A stretch of DNA of 64,000 bases, taken from NCBI RefSeq assembly GCF_044704955.1, contig NC_091983.1:12958001-13022000 (forward strand), in the 5' to 3' direction. Made by a program: the position numbers and the translations under genes. Positions 1 through 10,800 of the stretch are shown piece by piece (position 1 is the stretch's first letter; every line of letters begins with the position of its first letter). The notes below the pieces were generated by a model. That model did no database searches. It was not told where the DNA came from and worked only from the letters and a program-made list of their open reading frames with translations. This DNA is from Pristiophorus japonicus. Taxonomy: Eukaryota.

Positions 1-333
1 GGAAGTGGACACGGGCTCGGGTCCATCGTTGATGAGTCGGAGAACTTTTGATAAACTGTGGATTAACCCAGCTGCACGACCCAAGCTGGTCCCGGTCACG
101 GTGAAGCTGCGTACCTACACCAGGGAACTAATACCTGTTCTCGGCAGAGCGATGGTGCAGGTATCCCACGGGGACGAGACGCATGCTTTACCTTTGTGGG
201 TCTTTGCAGGCGATGGGCCGACGCTCCTCGGCCGGAGGTGGATGGGGACGGTCCGTGGGAGCTGGGAAGACTTCATCACTCCACAGGCTGCTGCTCCCCG
301 TGTCCCCAGAGAGCAGCGCCGACTGAGCTGGAG

Positions 334-469
334 CTGCAGCCTCAATCCACCCACAGGCGAGCCCCAGGCCCGGACCTCACTCAGAGATCCTGCAGCCTCA
401 ATCCACCCACAGGCGAGCCCCAGGCCCGGACCTCACTCAGAGATCCTGCAGCCTCAGCCCCCACAGGCA
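334..469 (+). repeat. 56-bp tandem repeat (2 full copies plus a partial one) inside the Gypsy remnant
   Basis: The unit CTGCAGCCTCAATCCACCCACAGGCGAGCCCCAGGCCCGGACCTCACTCAGAGATC starts at 334, 390 and 446. Confidence 0.9.
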
Positions 470-1198
470 AGCAGCCCTGCAGAGAGGGGTCTAGTTGGGG
501 GGGGGGGGGGGGGCGGTAAGCCGGCGGGGCCCTGCGGGCTGGGTGCGAGGGATCCAGGATGGCTGGCGGATCGGAGGGGCCCATGAAGAGGGAGAGTCGG
601 GCGGCGGCAGCAGCTGGAGGTCGGCGGCCAGTGCGGCCGGCGGTGAAGCGACGACGACGGCCGCAGGAGAGGCGGCAAGTCAGGTGGCAGCGGAGGCTGC
701 AACGGCGGAGGGCATCCGGAGCGGCGGAGAGCAAGATGGCAGCGGCATCGTGTCCAGAGCAGCAGAGCATCAAAGATGGCGGCACCCAAGGAGAAGCCGC
801 GTGGAATCCTCCTGCATCAAAGATGGAGCCTTAAAAAGGAAATGCACCCGGGAGTCTTAAAAGGGCCTTACCAAGAGGTGGTCCCCACAAAGGACTTCTG
901 TAAGGCAGAGCGAGTCTAAAATGAGTTCTATTAATGTGAGATGGCGAATTTATAATAAGAATTAATTTTTTAATGCCGAATGGCCACTGTATTTGTGTAA
1001 AATAATGGATATGAAGTACAATTAATGATAAGGGCTAACAAGGAAATCAGTGATCCGTTACCAGTCAATGTACCAGTTAATGTACCAGATAACATGTACC
1101 ATACTAACGCACTGTCTATGCCTACCTGCCTTCTGTTGATGTTATGTATTGATGTATGTATCGTCGTCCTGCGTCCTGGGGGCGGGGGGGGAAGGTGA

Positions 1199-1434
1199 TG
1201 TTATGTAATGATGTGTGTATCGTCCTGGTACCTTAAATGTAATGTAAGCACTATGCCACACCACAGAGGGCGCTGTGGTGGGAAACCTGGAAGTACCTGC
1301 AACAGGCGCTATAAAAGGCTGACCACCACACCTGAGAGGCACTCTGGAGCTGTTCAATAAAGGACGAAGGTCATAGCAGTTAGATTTACACCAGACCGTG
1401 TGGAGTCAGTGATTTGTGTGCTACATACACCACA
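1199..1434 (+). mobile_element. Gypsy-type LTR
   Basis: Starts TGTTATG and ends ...CACA. TATAAAA at ~1310 and AATAAA at ~1356. Shares motifs with the solo LTR at 28829-29194. Confidence 0.7.
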
Positions 1435-1453
1435 CAAAGCAATAAAGAAATAC

Positions 1454-1494
1454 TCTGTAATGTGTAGTGTGTATCCATCCTCGGCCATCTGTAC
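1454..1494 (-). CDS. putative exon 5 of the unidentified minus-strand gene (VQMAEDGYTLHIT)
   Basis: Acceptor TTTCCTTCAG; the phase-0 start matches the end of exon 4. The donor (GA|GTATTT) is weak, so the 3' end is uncertain. Confidence 0.35.
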
Positions 1495-1763
1495 CTGAAG
1501 GAAACTCACCGGTTGAGGCAAAACTCGGGAGGCAGGGACAATTTTAACCTGAACCGCCCGTCGGATTTTGAAATCAGTATCGGGCAGGGGTGTAAAACCG
1601 GCATTTTCCCCGCTCTCGGGGTATTAGGTTAAAATTACCCCCGATATTTCAAAACCAAATCTGGTGAGGTGTTAAATATAGTAAAGATGGCAAGAGTGCC
1701 AAAGATTAACACAACGGTCAAACAATAGGCCAACAGATTGCTTAAAAACCAAAGCAGATCTAC

Positions 1764-1809
1764 CTCAAACTGCAGCAAATCTTCCGCCTGATCCCGGACA
1801 GATACAGAG
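1764..1809 (-). CDS. putative exon 4 of the unidentified minus-strand gene ((H)SVSVRDQAEDLLQFE)
   Basis: Acceptor ...TTTTGTACATGACAG, donor GAG|GTAGAT. The 46 nt are phase-compatible with exon 3 (CA+C = His) and exon 5. Confidence 0.5.
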
Positions 1810-1944
1810 CTGTCATGTACAAAATAAATATGTAGTTTTAGATACATTGTTATGCTCAACACACGGAAACAAAGCTTTACCCTCTCCACCCAACCCCAAC
1901 CCCTCCTCCATCACCTTGTATGGTTTATCTTCCCTCGAGTATAG

Positions 1945-2310
1945 AACATTAAAGTATTTAAGATGATTAAAGGAGTTTCTGGGGTAGAGAGAGAGAGAGA
2001 GAGAAACTCTGGTGGGAGAGTCTAGAACAAGGGGGCATAACCTTAAAATTAGAACTAGGCCGTTCAGGGTGATGTCAGGAAGTGCTTCCTTCACACAAAG
2101 GGTGGTGGGAATCTGGAACTCTCTCCCCCAAAATGCTGTTAAGGCTGGGAGGCCAATTGGGAATTTCAACACTCGAGGTTGATAGTTGGCTAAAGGCATT
2201 AAGGGTTAGGGAACCAAGGCAGGTAGATGGAGTTAAGATATAGATCAGCCATGATATAATTGAATGGCGGAGCAGGCTCGAGGGGCTGAATGGCCTCCTC
2301 CTGTTCCTGT
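1945..2310 (+). mobile_element. CR1 LINE 3' fragment
   Basis: CR1 ORF2 end (ESRTRGHNLKI...FFTQRVVGIWNSLP-like) followed by the 3' UTR hairpin that seeds the adjacent minisatellite. Confidence 0.8.
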
Positions 2311-3324
2311 GTAACAGGCTCGAGGGGCTGAATGGGCCTCCTCCTGTTCCTATGTAACAGGCTCGAGGGGATGAATGGCCTCCTCCTGTTCCTGTGTAAC
2401 AGGATCGAGGGGCTGAATGGCCTCCTCCTGTTCCTGTGTAACAGGCTCGAGGGGCTGAATGGCCTCCTCCTGTTCCTATGTAACAGGCTCGAGGGGATGA
2501 ATGGCCTCCTCCTGTTCCTGTGTAACAGGCTCGAGGGGCTGAATGGCCTCCTCCTGTTCCTGTGTAACAGGCTCGAGGGGCTGAATGGCCTCCTCCTGTT
2601 CCTGTGTAACAGGCTCGAGGGGCTGAATGGCCTCCTCCTGTTCCTGTGCAACAGGCTCGAGGGGCTGAATGGCCTCCTCCTGTTCCTGTGTAACAGGCGC
2701 GAGGGGCTGAATGGCCTCCTCCTGTTCCTATGTAACAGGCTCGAGGGGCTGAATGGCCTCCTCCTGTTCCTGTGTAACAGGCTCGAGGGGCTGAATGGCC
2801 TCCTCCTGTTCCTGTGCAACAGGCTCGAGGGGCTAAATGGCCTCCTCCTGTTCCTGTGTAACAGGCTCGAGGGGCTGAATGGGCCACCTCTTGTTCCTGT
2901 GTAACAGGCTCGAGGGGCTGAATGGCCTCCTCCTGTTCCTGTGCAACAGGTTCGAGGGGCTGAATGGCCTCCTCCTGTTCCTGTGTAACAGGCTCGAGGG
3001 GCTGAATGGCCTCCTCCTGTTCCTATGTAACAGGCTCGAGGGGCTGAATGGGCCTCCTCCTGTTCCTGTGTAACAGGCTCGAGGGGCTGAATGGCCTCCT
3101 CCTGTTCCTGTGTAACAGGCTCGAGGGGCTGAATGGCCTCCTCCTGTTCCTATGTAACAGGCTCGAGGGGCTGAATGGGCCTCCTCCTGTTCCTGTGCAA
3201 CAGGCTTGAGGGGCTGAATGGGCCTCCGCCTGTTCCTATGTAACAGGCTCGAGGGGCTGAATGGCCTCCTCCTGTTCCTGTGTAACAGGCTCGAGGGGCT
3301 GAATGGCCTCCTCCTGTTCCTATG
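2274..3324 (+). repeat. 42-bp minisatellite (~25 copies) derived from the CR1 3' terminus
   Basis: Unit AGGCTCGAGGGGCTGAATGGCCTCCTCCTGTTCCTGTGTAAC. The 14-aa periodic ORFs here are by-products of the repeat. Confidence 0.95.
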
Positions 3325-3413
3325 CTTACTGCCCTCTTCAAGGAAGCAACACACTTCCAGCCGCTGCAGCTTGTTTAACTGCCCATCCTCTTACAATCCC
3401 TCGAAATACTTAC

Positions 3414-3454
3414 TGGTAAAATGTCATCCACAGGTCTTCGGCATCACTTCTCTT
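3414..3454 (-). CDS. putative exon 3 of the unidentified minus-strand gene (KRSDAEDLWMTFY)
   Basis: Acceptor ...GCATGTGCAG, canonical donor CA|GTAAGT. 41 nt; only the phase-0 frame is open, matching the end of exon 2. Confidence 0.5.
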
Positions 3455-3869
3455 CTGCACATGCAAACTTTAGTAAGGAAAAATCATTTTTCAGTTGGCT
3501 TCAAGAGAAAAATATCCAGAGGTTTTATATATTTTTTTGTTGAGGTTCACAGTAGAAAGTGTAACTCGTCCCCGATCGCTTCACATTGATTCGTTTTGTA
3601 AATTATGCCGGAGACAGCAAAGGCGAAACCAATGGCAACCTGTCACGACATTCCCTATTTGTTCTTTCCTCTCCCCTTTCCCTCCCCTGTTTAAAATCTG
3701 TTACATCTCTAACTTTATCCAGTTCTGGTGAAGAGTTACCGACCTGAAACGTTAACTGTTTTTCTCTCTCCACAGATGCTGTCTCACCTGCCGAGTGTTT
3801 CTAGCATTTTCTGTTTCTATGTCACGAAGACATGTCTGGACATGTGGACTATGACAAGCTGTTTGAAGG

Positions 3870-5510
3870 CATCAGCTGTGGCTCAGTGGGTGGCACTCTC
3901 GCTTCGAGTCAGGAGTTGGTGGGTTCAAAACCCACTCCCAGGGACTTGAGCACAAAAATCTAGGTTGACACTCCAGGACGGTGCTGAGAGAGTGCTGCAC
4001 TGTTAGAGGTGCCGTCACAGTCGAAACATAGAAACATAGAAAATAGGTGCAGGAGTAGGCCATTCGGCCCTTCGAGCCTGCACCACCGTTCAATGAGTTC
4101 ATGACCACTCTATCCTTCTCCACCATCGTCCAGCTGGGTGGGACTGCACTCGCCTGGTTCCATTCTTATCTATCTATTCGTAGCCCGAGAATCTCCTGCA
4201 ACGGCTTCTCTTCCCGTCCCTGGACCGTTACCTCTGGTGTCCCCCCCCCAAGGATCTATACTTGGCCCCCTCCTATTTCTCATCTACATGTTGCCCCTTG
4301 GCGATATCATCTGAAAGCACAGCGTCAGTTTCCACATGTACACTGACGACACCCAGCTCTACCTCACCACCACTTCTCTCGACCCCTCCACTGTCTCTAA
4401 ATTGTCAGACTGCTTGTCCGACATCCAGTACTAAAATGAGCAGAAATGTTCTCCAACTGAATATTGGGAAGACCGAAGCCATTGTTAATAGTCCCCAGCC
4501 ACTGACTCCATCCCGCTCCCCAGCTCCTGTCTAAGGCTGAACCAGACTGTTTGCAACCTTGGTGTCATATTGACCCTGAAATGAGCTTTCGACCACATAT
4601 CCACAGCATAACTAAGACCCGCCTATTTCCACCTCCGTAACATCGCCTGTCTCCACCCTTGCCTCAGCTCATCTGCTACTGAAGTCCTCATCCATGCCTT
4701 TGTTACCTCTAGACTTGACCATTCCAACGCACTCCTGGCTGGGCTCCCACATTCTACCCTATATAAACTCGAGGTGATCCAAAACTCAGCTGCCCATGTC
4801 CTAACTCGCAACAAGTCCCGCTCACCCATCACCCCCTGTGCTCACTGACCTACATTGGCTTCCGGTTAAGCAACGCCTCGGTTTCAAAATTCTCATCCTT
4901 AATTTTAAACCCCTGCATGGCCTTGCCCCTCCCTACCTCTCTAATCTTCTCCAGCCCCACAACCACCCAGAGATCTCTGCATTTCTCCAATCCTGCCCCA
5001 CTGAGCATCCCTGATTGTAGTCGCTCCACCATTAGTGGCCGCCCCAAGCTCTGGAACTCCCTGCCTAAACCTCTCCGCCTCTCTATCCCTCTTTCCTCCT
5101 TCAAGACGCTCCTTAAAATATACTTCTTTGACACCTGCACTAAATTATACTTATGCGGCTCGGTGTAAAATTTTTAATCGCATAATACTCCCGTGAAGCG
5201 CCTTGGGACAGTTAAAGGCACTATATAAATACAAGTTGTTGTTGTTGTCATCTAGCAGATGAGACATTAAACCGAAGCCCCATCTGCCCTCTCGGGTGGA
5301 TATAAAAGATCCTATGGCACTAATTCAAAATAAAACAGGGGAGATCTCCGTGGTGTCCTGGGCCAATATTTATCCCTCAATCAACATCACTGAAACAGAT
5401 TATCTGATCATTATCACACTGCTGTTTGTGGGAGCTTGCAGTGCGCAAATTGGCTTCCGCGTTTCCCACATTACAACAGTGAATACACTTCACAAGTACT
5501 TGTCTGTAAA
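3870..5510 (+). mobile_element. tRNA-derived SINE (SacSINE1/DeuSINE-like) split by a nested CR1 tail and L2 insertion at ~4021-5248
   Basis: A-box-like GTGGCTCAGTGGG and B-box-like GGTTCAAAACCC at the 5' end. The SINE body resumes at ~5249 (GATGAGACATTAAACCGAAGCCC...). The same family occurs inverted at 16800-17065. Confidence 0.65.
4105..5248 (+). mobile_element. L2 LINE 3' fragment
   Basis: Degenerate RT C-terminus (SGVP..GS.LGP, LQLNIGKTE, IHAFVTSRLD.SN) and a tail ending in (GTT)n. Confidence 0.8.
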
Positions 5511-6480
5511 GAACATGAGATAAGAATTAGGAGCATGAGTTGGCCAGACGGCCCCTCGAGCCTGTTCTGCCACGGCTGATCTTGGACCTCAACTCTACTT
5601 TCCAGCCCTATCCCCATATCCCTTAATTCCTCGAGTCCAAAAATCTATCTATCTCAGCCTTGAATATACTCAATGACTCAGCACCCACAGCACTTTGGGG
5701 CAGAGAATTCCAAAGATTCACAACCCTCCGAGGGAAGAAATTCCTCCTCATCTCAATCTTAAAAGGCAGACACCCTTATCCTGAGACTATGCCCTCTAGT
5801 TCTCGACACTTCAGCCAGGGGAAACTGATACGTCCTTACTACACAGTATAAATGCACACGAGGCCTATGCTTGAGAGAAGGTCAGTCTGTGACCTGTCCT
5901 TTATTTCTTCGCACTCAAGTGATGAAGGTGGGTGGAGCTTCCCCTTTTATACCTGAAGGTCCAGGTTAGGAGTGTCTCCCACCTAGTGGTCAGTGTTCTC
6001 ACAGTGTACAACTTAGGTCAGATTATACATGGGTTACAATACTGGTTGAATACATGACAGAAACAACCTCTCAGCATCTACCCTGTCAATCCCCCTCAGA
6101 ATCTTATGTTTCAATGAGATCACCTCACATTCTTCTAAACTCCAGAGAGTATAGGCCCAATCTATTTGATCTCTCCTCATCCTTCTCATCCCAGGGACCA
6201 ATCTAGTGAACCTCCGTTGTATCGCCTCTAAGGCAAGTATACCCCTCCTTCGATAAGGAGACCAAAACTGTGCACAGTACTTCAGGTGTGGTCTCCCCAG
6301 AGCCCTGTATAATTGTAGCAAGACTTCCTTACTCTTGTACTCCAACCCTAGTAATAAAGGCCAACATGTCATTTGCCTTCCTAATTGCTTGCTGTACCTG
6401 CACATACTAACTCTGTTTCTTGTACTAGGACATCAAAATGTACCTGCATGCTAACTTTGTGTTTCTTGTACTAGGACACC
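5510..6480 (-). mobile_element. CR1 LINE 3' fragment interrupted by a solo LTR
   Basis: Minus-strand ORF 6034..6405 reads EVLLQLYRALGRPHLKYCAQFWSP; the CR1 sequence continues on both sides of the LTR. Confidence 0.8.
5826..6059 (-). mobile_element. solo LTR (234 bp) with 5-bp TSD
   Basis: TG...CA termini flanked by GAAAC at 5821-5825 and 6060-6064. TATAAAAG and AATAAA read on the minus strand. Confidence 0.8.
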
Positions 6481-6849
6481 ATGTGGAAATGTATTTTTCA
6501 AGTTGTATTACACTGTTTTTTTGTACCCGTTTTGCAATAAAACAAAGTGGAGTCCCGATCCTGTCAGAAGCTTCTGCAGCAGCTATGTTTGCATAAACAT
6601 GCTAACTTTGACTGAAACTGCTGATAGCTGATTAATCGCCACCAGACAACATTAAGACTGTCCTGCTGAGATAAGTACCACCCATTGTGCTCCCCTGTAT
6701 TATCAATAGTCTGTCACTAGGCCAGACCTTAGAAGGGCTGGATAAAGGTTGTAAAGATGCAGCAACAATTCACCCCCTAAGAGATAATCAAATTACCAGC
6801 CATTATCTCTTGTACAGAACTCATCCATAATATGCAAGAAGCCAAGTAC

Positions 6850-7575
6850 CCAATGACCAGTTTATCACTACTGCCTGTTTTCTGTCTGTTAACCAATCCT
6901 CTATCCATGCTAATACCTTACTCCCAACCCCATGAGCCCTTAGAAGAACATAAGAAATAGGAGCAGGAGTGGGCCATACAACTGCTCGAGCCTGCTCCGC
7001 CATTTAATAAGATCATGGCTGATCTGATCATGGACTCAGCTCCACTTCCCCGCCCGCTTAACAAGACTAAAAATGTACTCTGATAATCGAACAATTGTTT
7101 TTTCATTCACCAACAGTTCAAGCTTATCGAATGCCTTTTGGAAATTCAAATATACGACATCCACTGGTTCCCCTTTATCTAACGTGCTAGTTATATCCAA
7201 ACCTTTCATGAGGTCACCCCTCAGCCTTCTTTTTCCAAGAGGCGTGGAAGCAAGTCATCCTCGTTTCGAGGGACTGCCTATGATGAGTTATATCCTTAAA
7301 AAATAATAATAAATTTGTCAAATATGATTTCCCTTTAATAAAATCATATTAATGCTGCCAAATCATATGATTTTCCAAGTGCTCTGTTACCACGACGAAT
7401 GGATTCCAGTATTTTCTCGACAGTTCCCCATTTTCTCGCTCCGTCCTTTCCTGAATAGCGGGGTTACATTTGCTACCTTCCAATCCACTGGGACCGTTCT
7501 AGAATCCAGGGAATTTTTAAAGATCACAACCAATGCATCCTCTATCTCTGTAGCCACCTCTTTTAGAACCCTTTG
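6850..7575 (-). mobile_element. fragmented CR1 pieces plus a short RTE-type tail at ~7240-7288
   Basis: Peptides AHGVGSKVLAWIEDWL and VPVDWKVANVTPLF; tail GGAAGCAAGTCATCCTCG...GCCTATGATGA. Confidence 0.65.
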
Positions 7576-7684
7576 GGATGTCCTGAACTCGTGAAAGGCG
7601 CTATAAAAATGCAAATCTTTCTTTATGTTGCTGATCACCTTCAAAAATCACCAACTGTACGAGGGAACTGCATCGATTACTTAC

Positions 7685-7763
7685 GTCTTGAGAAAGCTTG
7701 AATACAAGGGAATCATTCCAGCCAACCGACCAATCTTCTGGGAAACAAACCCTTGCGCCAATT
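7685..7763 (-). CDS. putative exon 2 of the unidentified minus-strand gene ((R)IGARVCFPEDWSVGWNDSLVFKLSQD)
   Basis: Strong acceptor CTTATTTTTCAG and donor AC|GTAAGT. The 79 nt give an open frame that fits exon 1 (AG+A) and exon 3. Confidence 0.6.
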
Positions 7764-7829
7764 CTGAAAAATAAGACGCACACAAGTATAGCTTTAGTCC
7801 TCGATCCAGAGGCATGGAATTAGATATAT

Positions 7830-10800
7830 CGGGGAGTGGGGGGGGGGGGGGGGAAGAAGAGAGAGGGGGGGGGGGAAGAGAGGGGAGGGGGGGAGAAGAG
7901 AGGAGGAGGGGGGGAGGAGAAGAGAGGGGAGGGGGGAGAAGAGAGGGGGAGGGGGGGAGAGAAGGAGAGGGGGAGGGGGGGGGAGAAGAGAGGGGGAGGG
8001 GGGGAGAAGNNNNNNNNNNNNNNNNNNNNNNNNNNNNNNNNNNNNNNNNNNNNNNNNNNNNNNNNNNNNNNNNNNNNNNNNNNNNNNNNNNNNNNNNNNN
8101 NNNNNNNNNNNNNNNNNNNNNNNNNNNNNNNNNNNNNNNNNNNNNNNNNNNNNNNNNNNNNNNNNNNNNNNNNNNNNNNNNNNNNNNNNNNNNNNNNNNN
8201 NNNNNNNNNGGGAAGAGGGAGGGGGGAGGGGGGGAGAGGGGGGTGGTGGAAGAGGGAGGAGGGGGGTGGGGGAAGAGGGAGGGAGGGGGGTGGGGGAAGA
8301 GGGAGGGAGGGGGGTGGGGGAAGAGGGAGGGAGGGGGGTGGGGGAAAGAGGGAGGGAGGGGGGTGGGGGAAGAGGGAGGGAGGGGGGTGGGGGAAGAGGG
8401 AGGGAGGGGGGTGGGGGAAGAGGGAGGGAGGGGGGTGGGGGAAGAGGGAGGGAGGGGGGGTGGGGGAAGAGGGAGGGAGGGGGGTGGGGGAAGAGGGAGG
8501 GAGGGGGGTGGGGGAAGAGGGAGGGAGGGGGGTGGGGGAAGAGGGAGGGAGGGGGGTGGGGGAAGAGGGAGGGAGGGGGGTGGGGGAAGAGGGAGGGAGG
8601 GGGGTGGGGGAAGAGGGAGGGAGGGGGGTGGGGGAAGAGGGAGGGAGGGGGTGGGGGAAGAGGGAGGGAGGGGGGTGGGGGAAGAGGGAGGGAGGGGGGT
8701 GGGGGAAGAGGGAGGGAGGGGGGTGGGGGAAGAGGGAGGGAGGGGGGTGGGGGAAGAGGGAGGGAGGGGGGTGGGGAAGAGGGAGGGAGGGGGGTGGGGG
8801 AAGAGGGAGGGAGGGGGGTGGGGGAAGAGGGAGGGAGGGGGGTGGGGGAAGAGGGAGGGAGGGGGTGGGGGAAGAGGGAGGGAGGGGGTGGGGGAAGAGG
8901 GAGGGAGGGGGGTGGGGGAAGAGGGAGGGAGGGGGGTGGGGGAAGAGGGAGGGAGGGGGGTGGGGGGAAGAGGGAGGGAGGGGGGGTGGGGGAAGAGGGA
9001 GGGAGGGGGGTGGGGGGAAGAGGGAGGGAGGGGGGTGGGGGAAGAGGGAGGGAGGGGGTGGGGGAGAGAGGGAGGGGAGGGGGTGGGGGGAAGAGGGAGG
9101 GAGTGGGGGTGGGGGAAGAGGGAGGGAGTGGGGGTGGGGAAGAGGGAGGGAGTGGGGTGTGGGAAGAGGGAGGGAGGGGGGTGTGGAAGAGGGAGGGAGG
9201 GGGGTGGGGGAAGAGGGAGGGAGGGGGGTGGGGGAAGAGGGAGGGAGGGGGGTGGGGGAAGAGGGAGGAGGGGGGTGGGGGGAAGAGGGAGGGAGGGGGG
9301 TGGGGGAAGAGGGAGGGAGGGGGGTGGGGGAAGAGGGAGGGAGGGGGGGTGGGGGAAGAGGGAGGGAGGGGGGTGGGGGAAGAGGGAGGGAGGGGGGTGG
9401 GGGAAGAGGGAGGGAGGGGGGTGGGGGAAGAGGGAGGGAGGGGGGTGGGGGAAGAGGGAGGGAGGGGGGTGGGGGAAGAGGGAGGGAGGGGGGTGGGGGA
9501 AGAGGGAGGGAGGGGGTGGGGGAAGAGGGAGGGAGGGGGGTGGGGGAAGAGGGAGGGAGGGGGGTGGGGGAAGAGGGAGGGAGGGGGGTGGGGGAAGAGG
9601 GAGGGAGGGGGGTGGGGGAAGAGGGAGGGAGGGGGGTGGGGGAAGAGGGAGGGAGGGGGGTGGGGGAAGAGGGAGGGAGGGGGGTGGGGGAAGAGGGAGG
9701 GAGGGGGGTGGGGGAAGAGGGAGGGAGGGGGGTGGGGGAAGAGGGAGGGAGGGGGGTGGGGGAAGAGGGAGGGCGGGGGGTGGGGGAAGAGGGAGGGAGG
9801 GGGTGGGGGAAGAGGGAGGGAGGGGGGTGGGGGAAGAGGGAGGGAGGGGGGTGGGGGAAGAGGGAGGGCGGGGGGTGGGGGAAGAGGGAGGGCGGGGGGT
9901 GGGGGAAGAGGGAGGGAGGGGGGTGGGGGAAGAGGGAGGGAGGGGGGTGGGGGAAGAGGGAGGGAGGGGGGTGGGGGAAGAGGGAGGAGGGGGGTGGGGG
10001 GAAAGAGGGAGGGAGGGGGGTGGGGGAAGAGGGAGGGAGGGGGGTGGGGAAGAGGGAGGGAGGGGGGGAAGAGGGAGGGAGGGGGGGGGAAGAGGGAGGG
10101 AGGGGGGGAAGAGGGAGGGAGGGGGGGGAAGAGGGAGGGAGGGGGGGGGAAGAGGGAGGGAGGAAGAGGGAGGGGGGGGAAGAGGGAGGGAGGAAGAGGG
10201 AGGGAGTAGAGGGGGAAGAGGGAGGGAGCGAGGGAGGGAGCGGGGGGTGAAGAGGGGGGAAGAGAGAGGGGGGAAAGGTGGAGGGGGGGGAAGAGGGAGG
10301 GGGGGGAGAGGGAGGGGGGAAGAGGGAGGGGGGGGAAGAGGGAGGGGGGGAAGAGGGAGGGGGGGGGAAGAGGGAGGGTTGGAAGAGGGAGGGGGGGAAG
10401 AGGGAGGGGGGAAGAGGGAGGGAGGGAAGAGGGAGGGGGGAAGAGGGAGGGGGGGAAGAGGGAGGGGGGGAAGAGGGAGGGGGGGAAGAGGGAGGGGGAG
10501 GAAGAGGGAGGGGGAGGAAGAGGGAGGGGAGGAAGAGGGAGGGGGAGGAAGAGGGAGGGGGAGGAAGAGAGAGAGGGGGAAGAGGGAGGGAGGGAGAGGG
10601 GGGTGGGGAAGAGGGAGGGGAGGGGGGTGGAGGGAGGGAGGGGGGTGGGGGAAGAGGGAGGGAGGTGGGAGGGGGGTGGAGGGAGGGAGGGGGGTGGGGG
10701 AAGAGGGAGGGAGGTGGGGTGGGGAAAGAGGGAGGGAGTGGGGTGGGGGAAGAGGGGGGGTGGGGGAAGAGGGAGGGAGGGGGTGGGGGGAAGAGGGAGG

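Larger units (their letters stand above)
1..1434 (+). mobile_element. 3' part of a degenerate, probably non-autonomous Ty3/Gypsy LTR retrotransposon (protease remnant, PPT, 3' LTR)
   Basis: ORF 5..586 starts with a retropepsin DTG motif (DTGSGPSLMS...GPTLLGRRW). A G-rich purine tract at ~1177-1198 directly precedes a TG...CA LTR-like segment. No RT or IN is seen between them. Confidence 0.7.

Noticed and set aside
2075-3354. Periodic ORFs and CRISPR-like look of the 42-bp array
   Set aside because: Direct tandem repeats with no unique spacers, derived from a LINE tail, in a eukaryotic context.
6481-6820. Possible additional LTR or transposon insert
   Set aside because: No convincing TSD or terminal repeats found.
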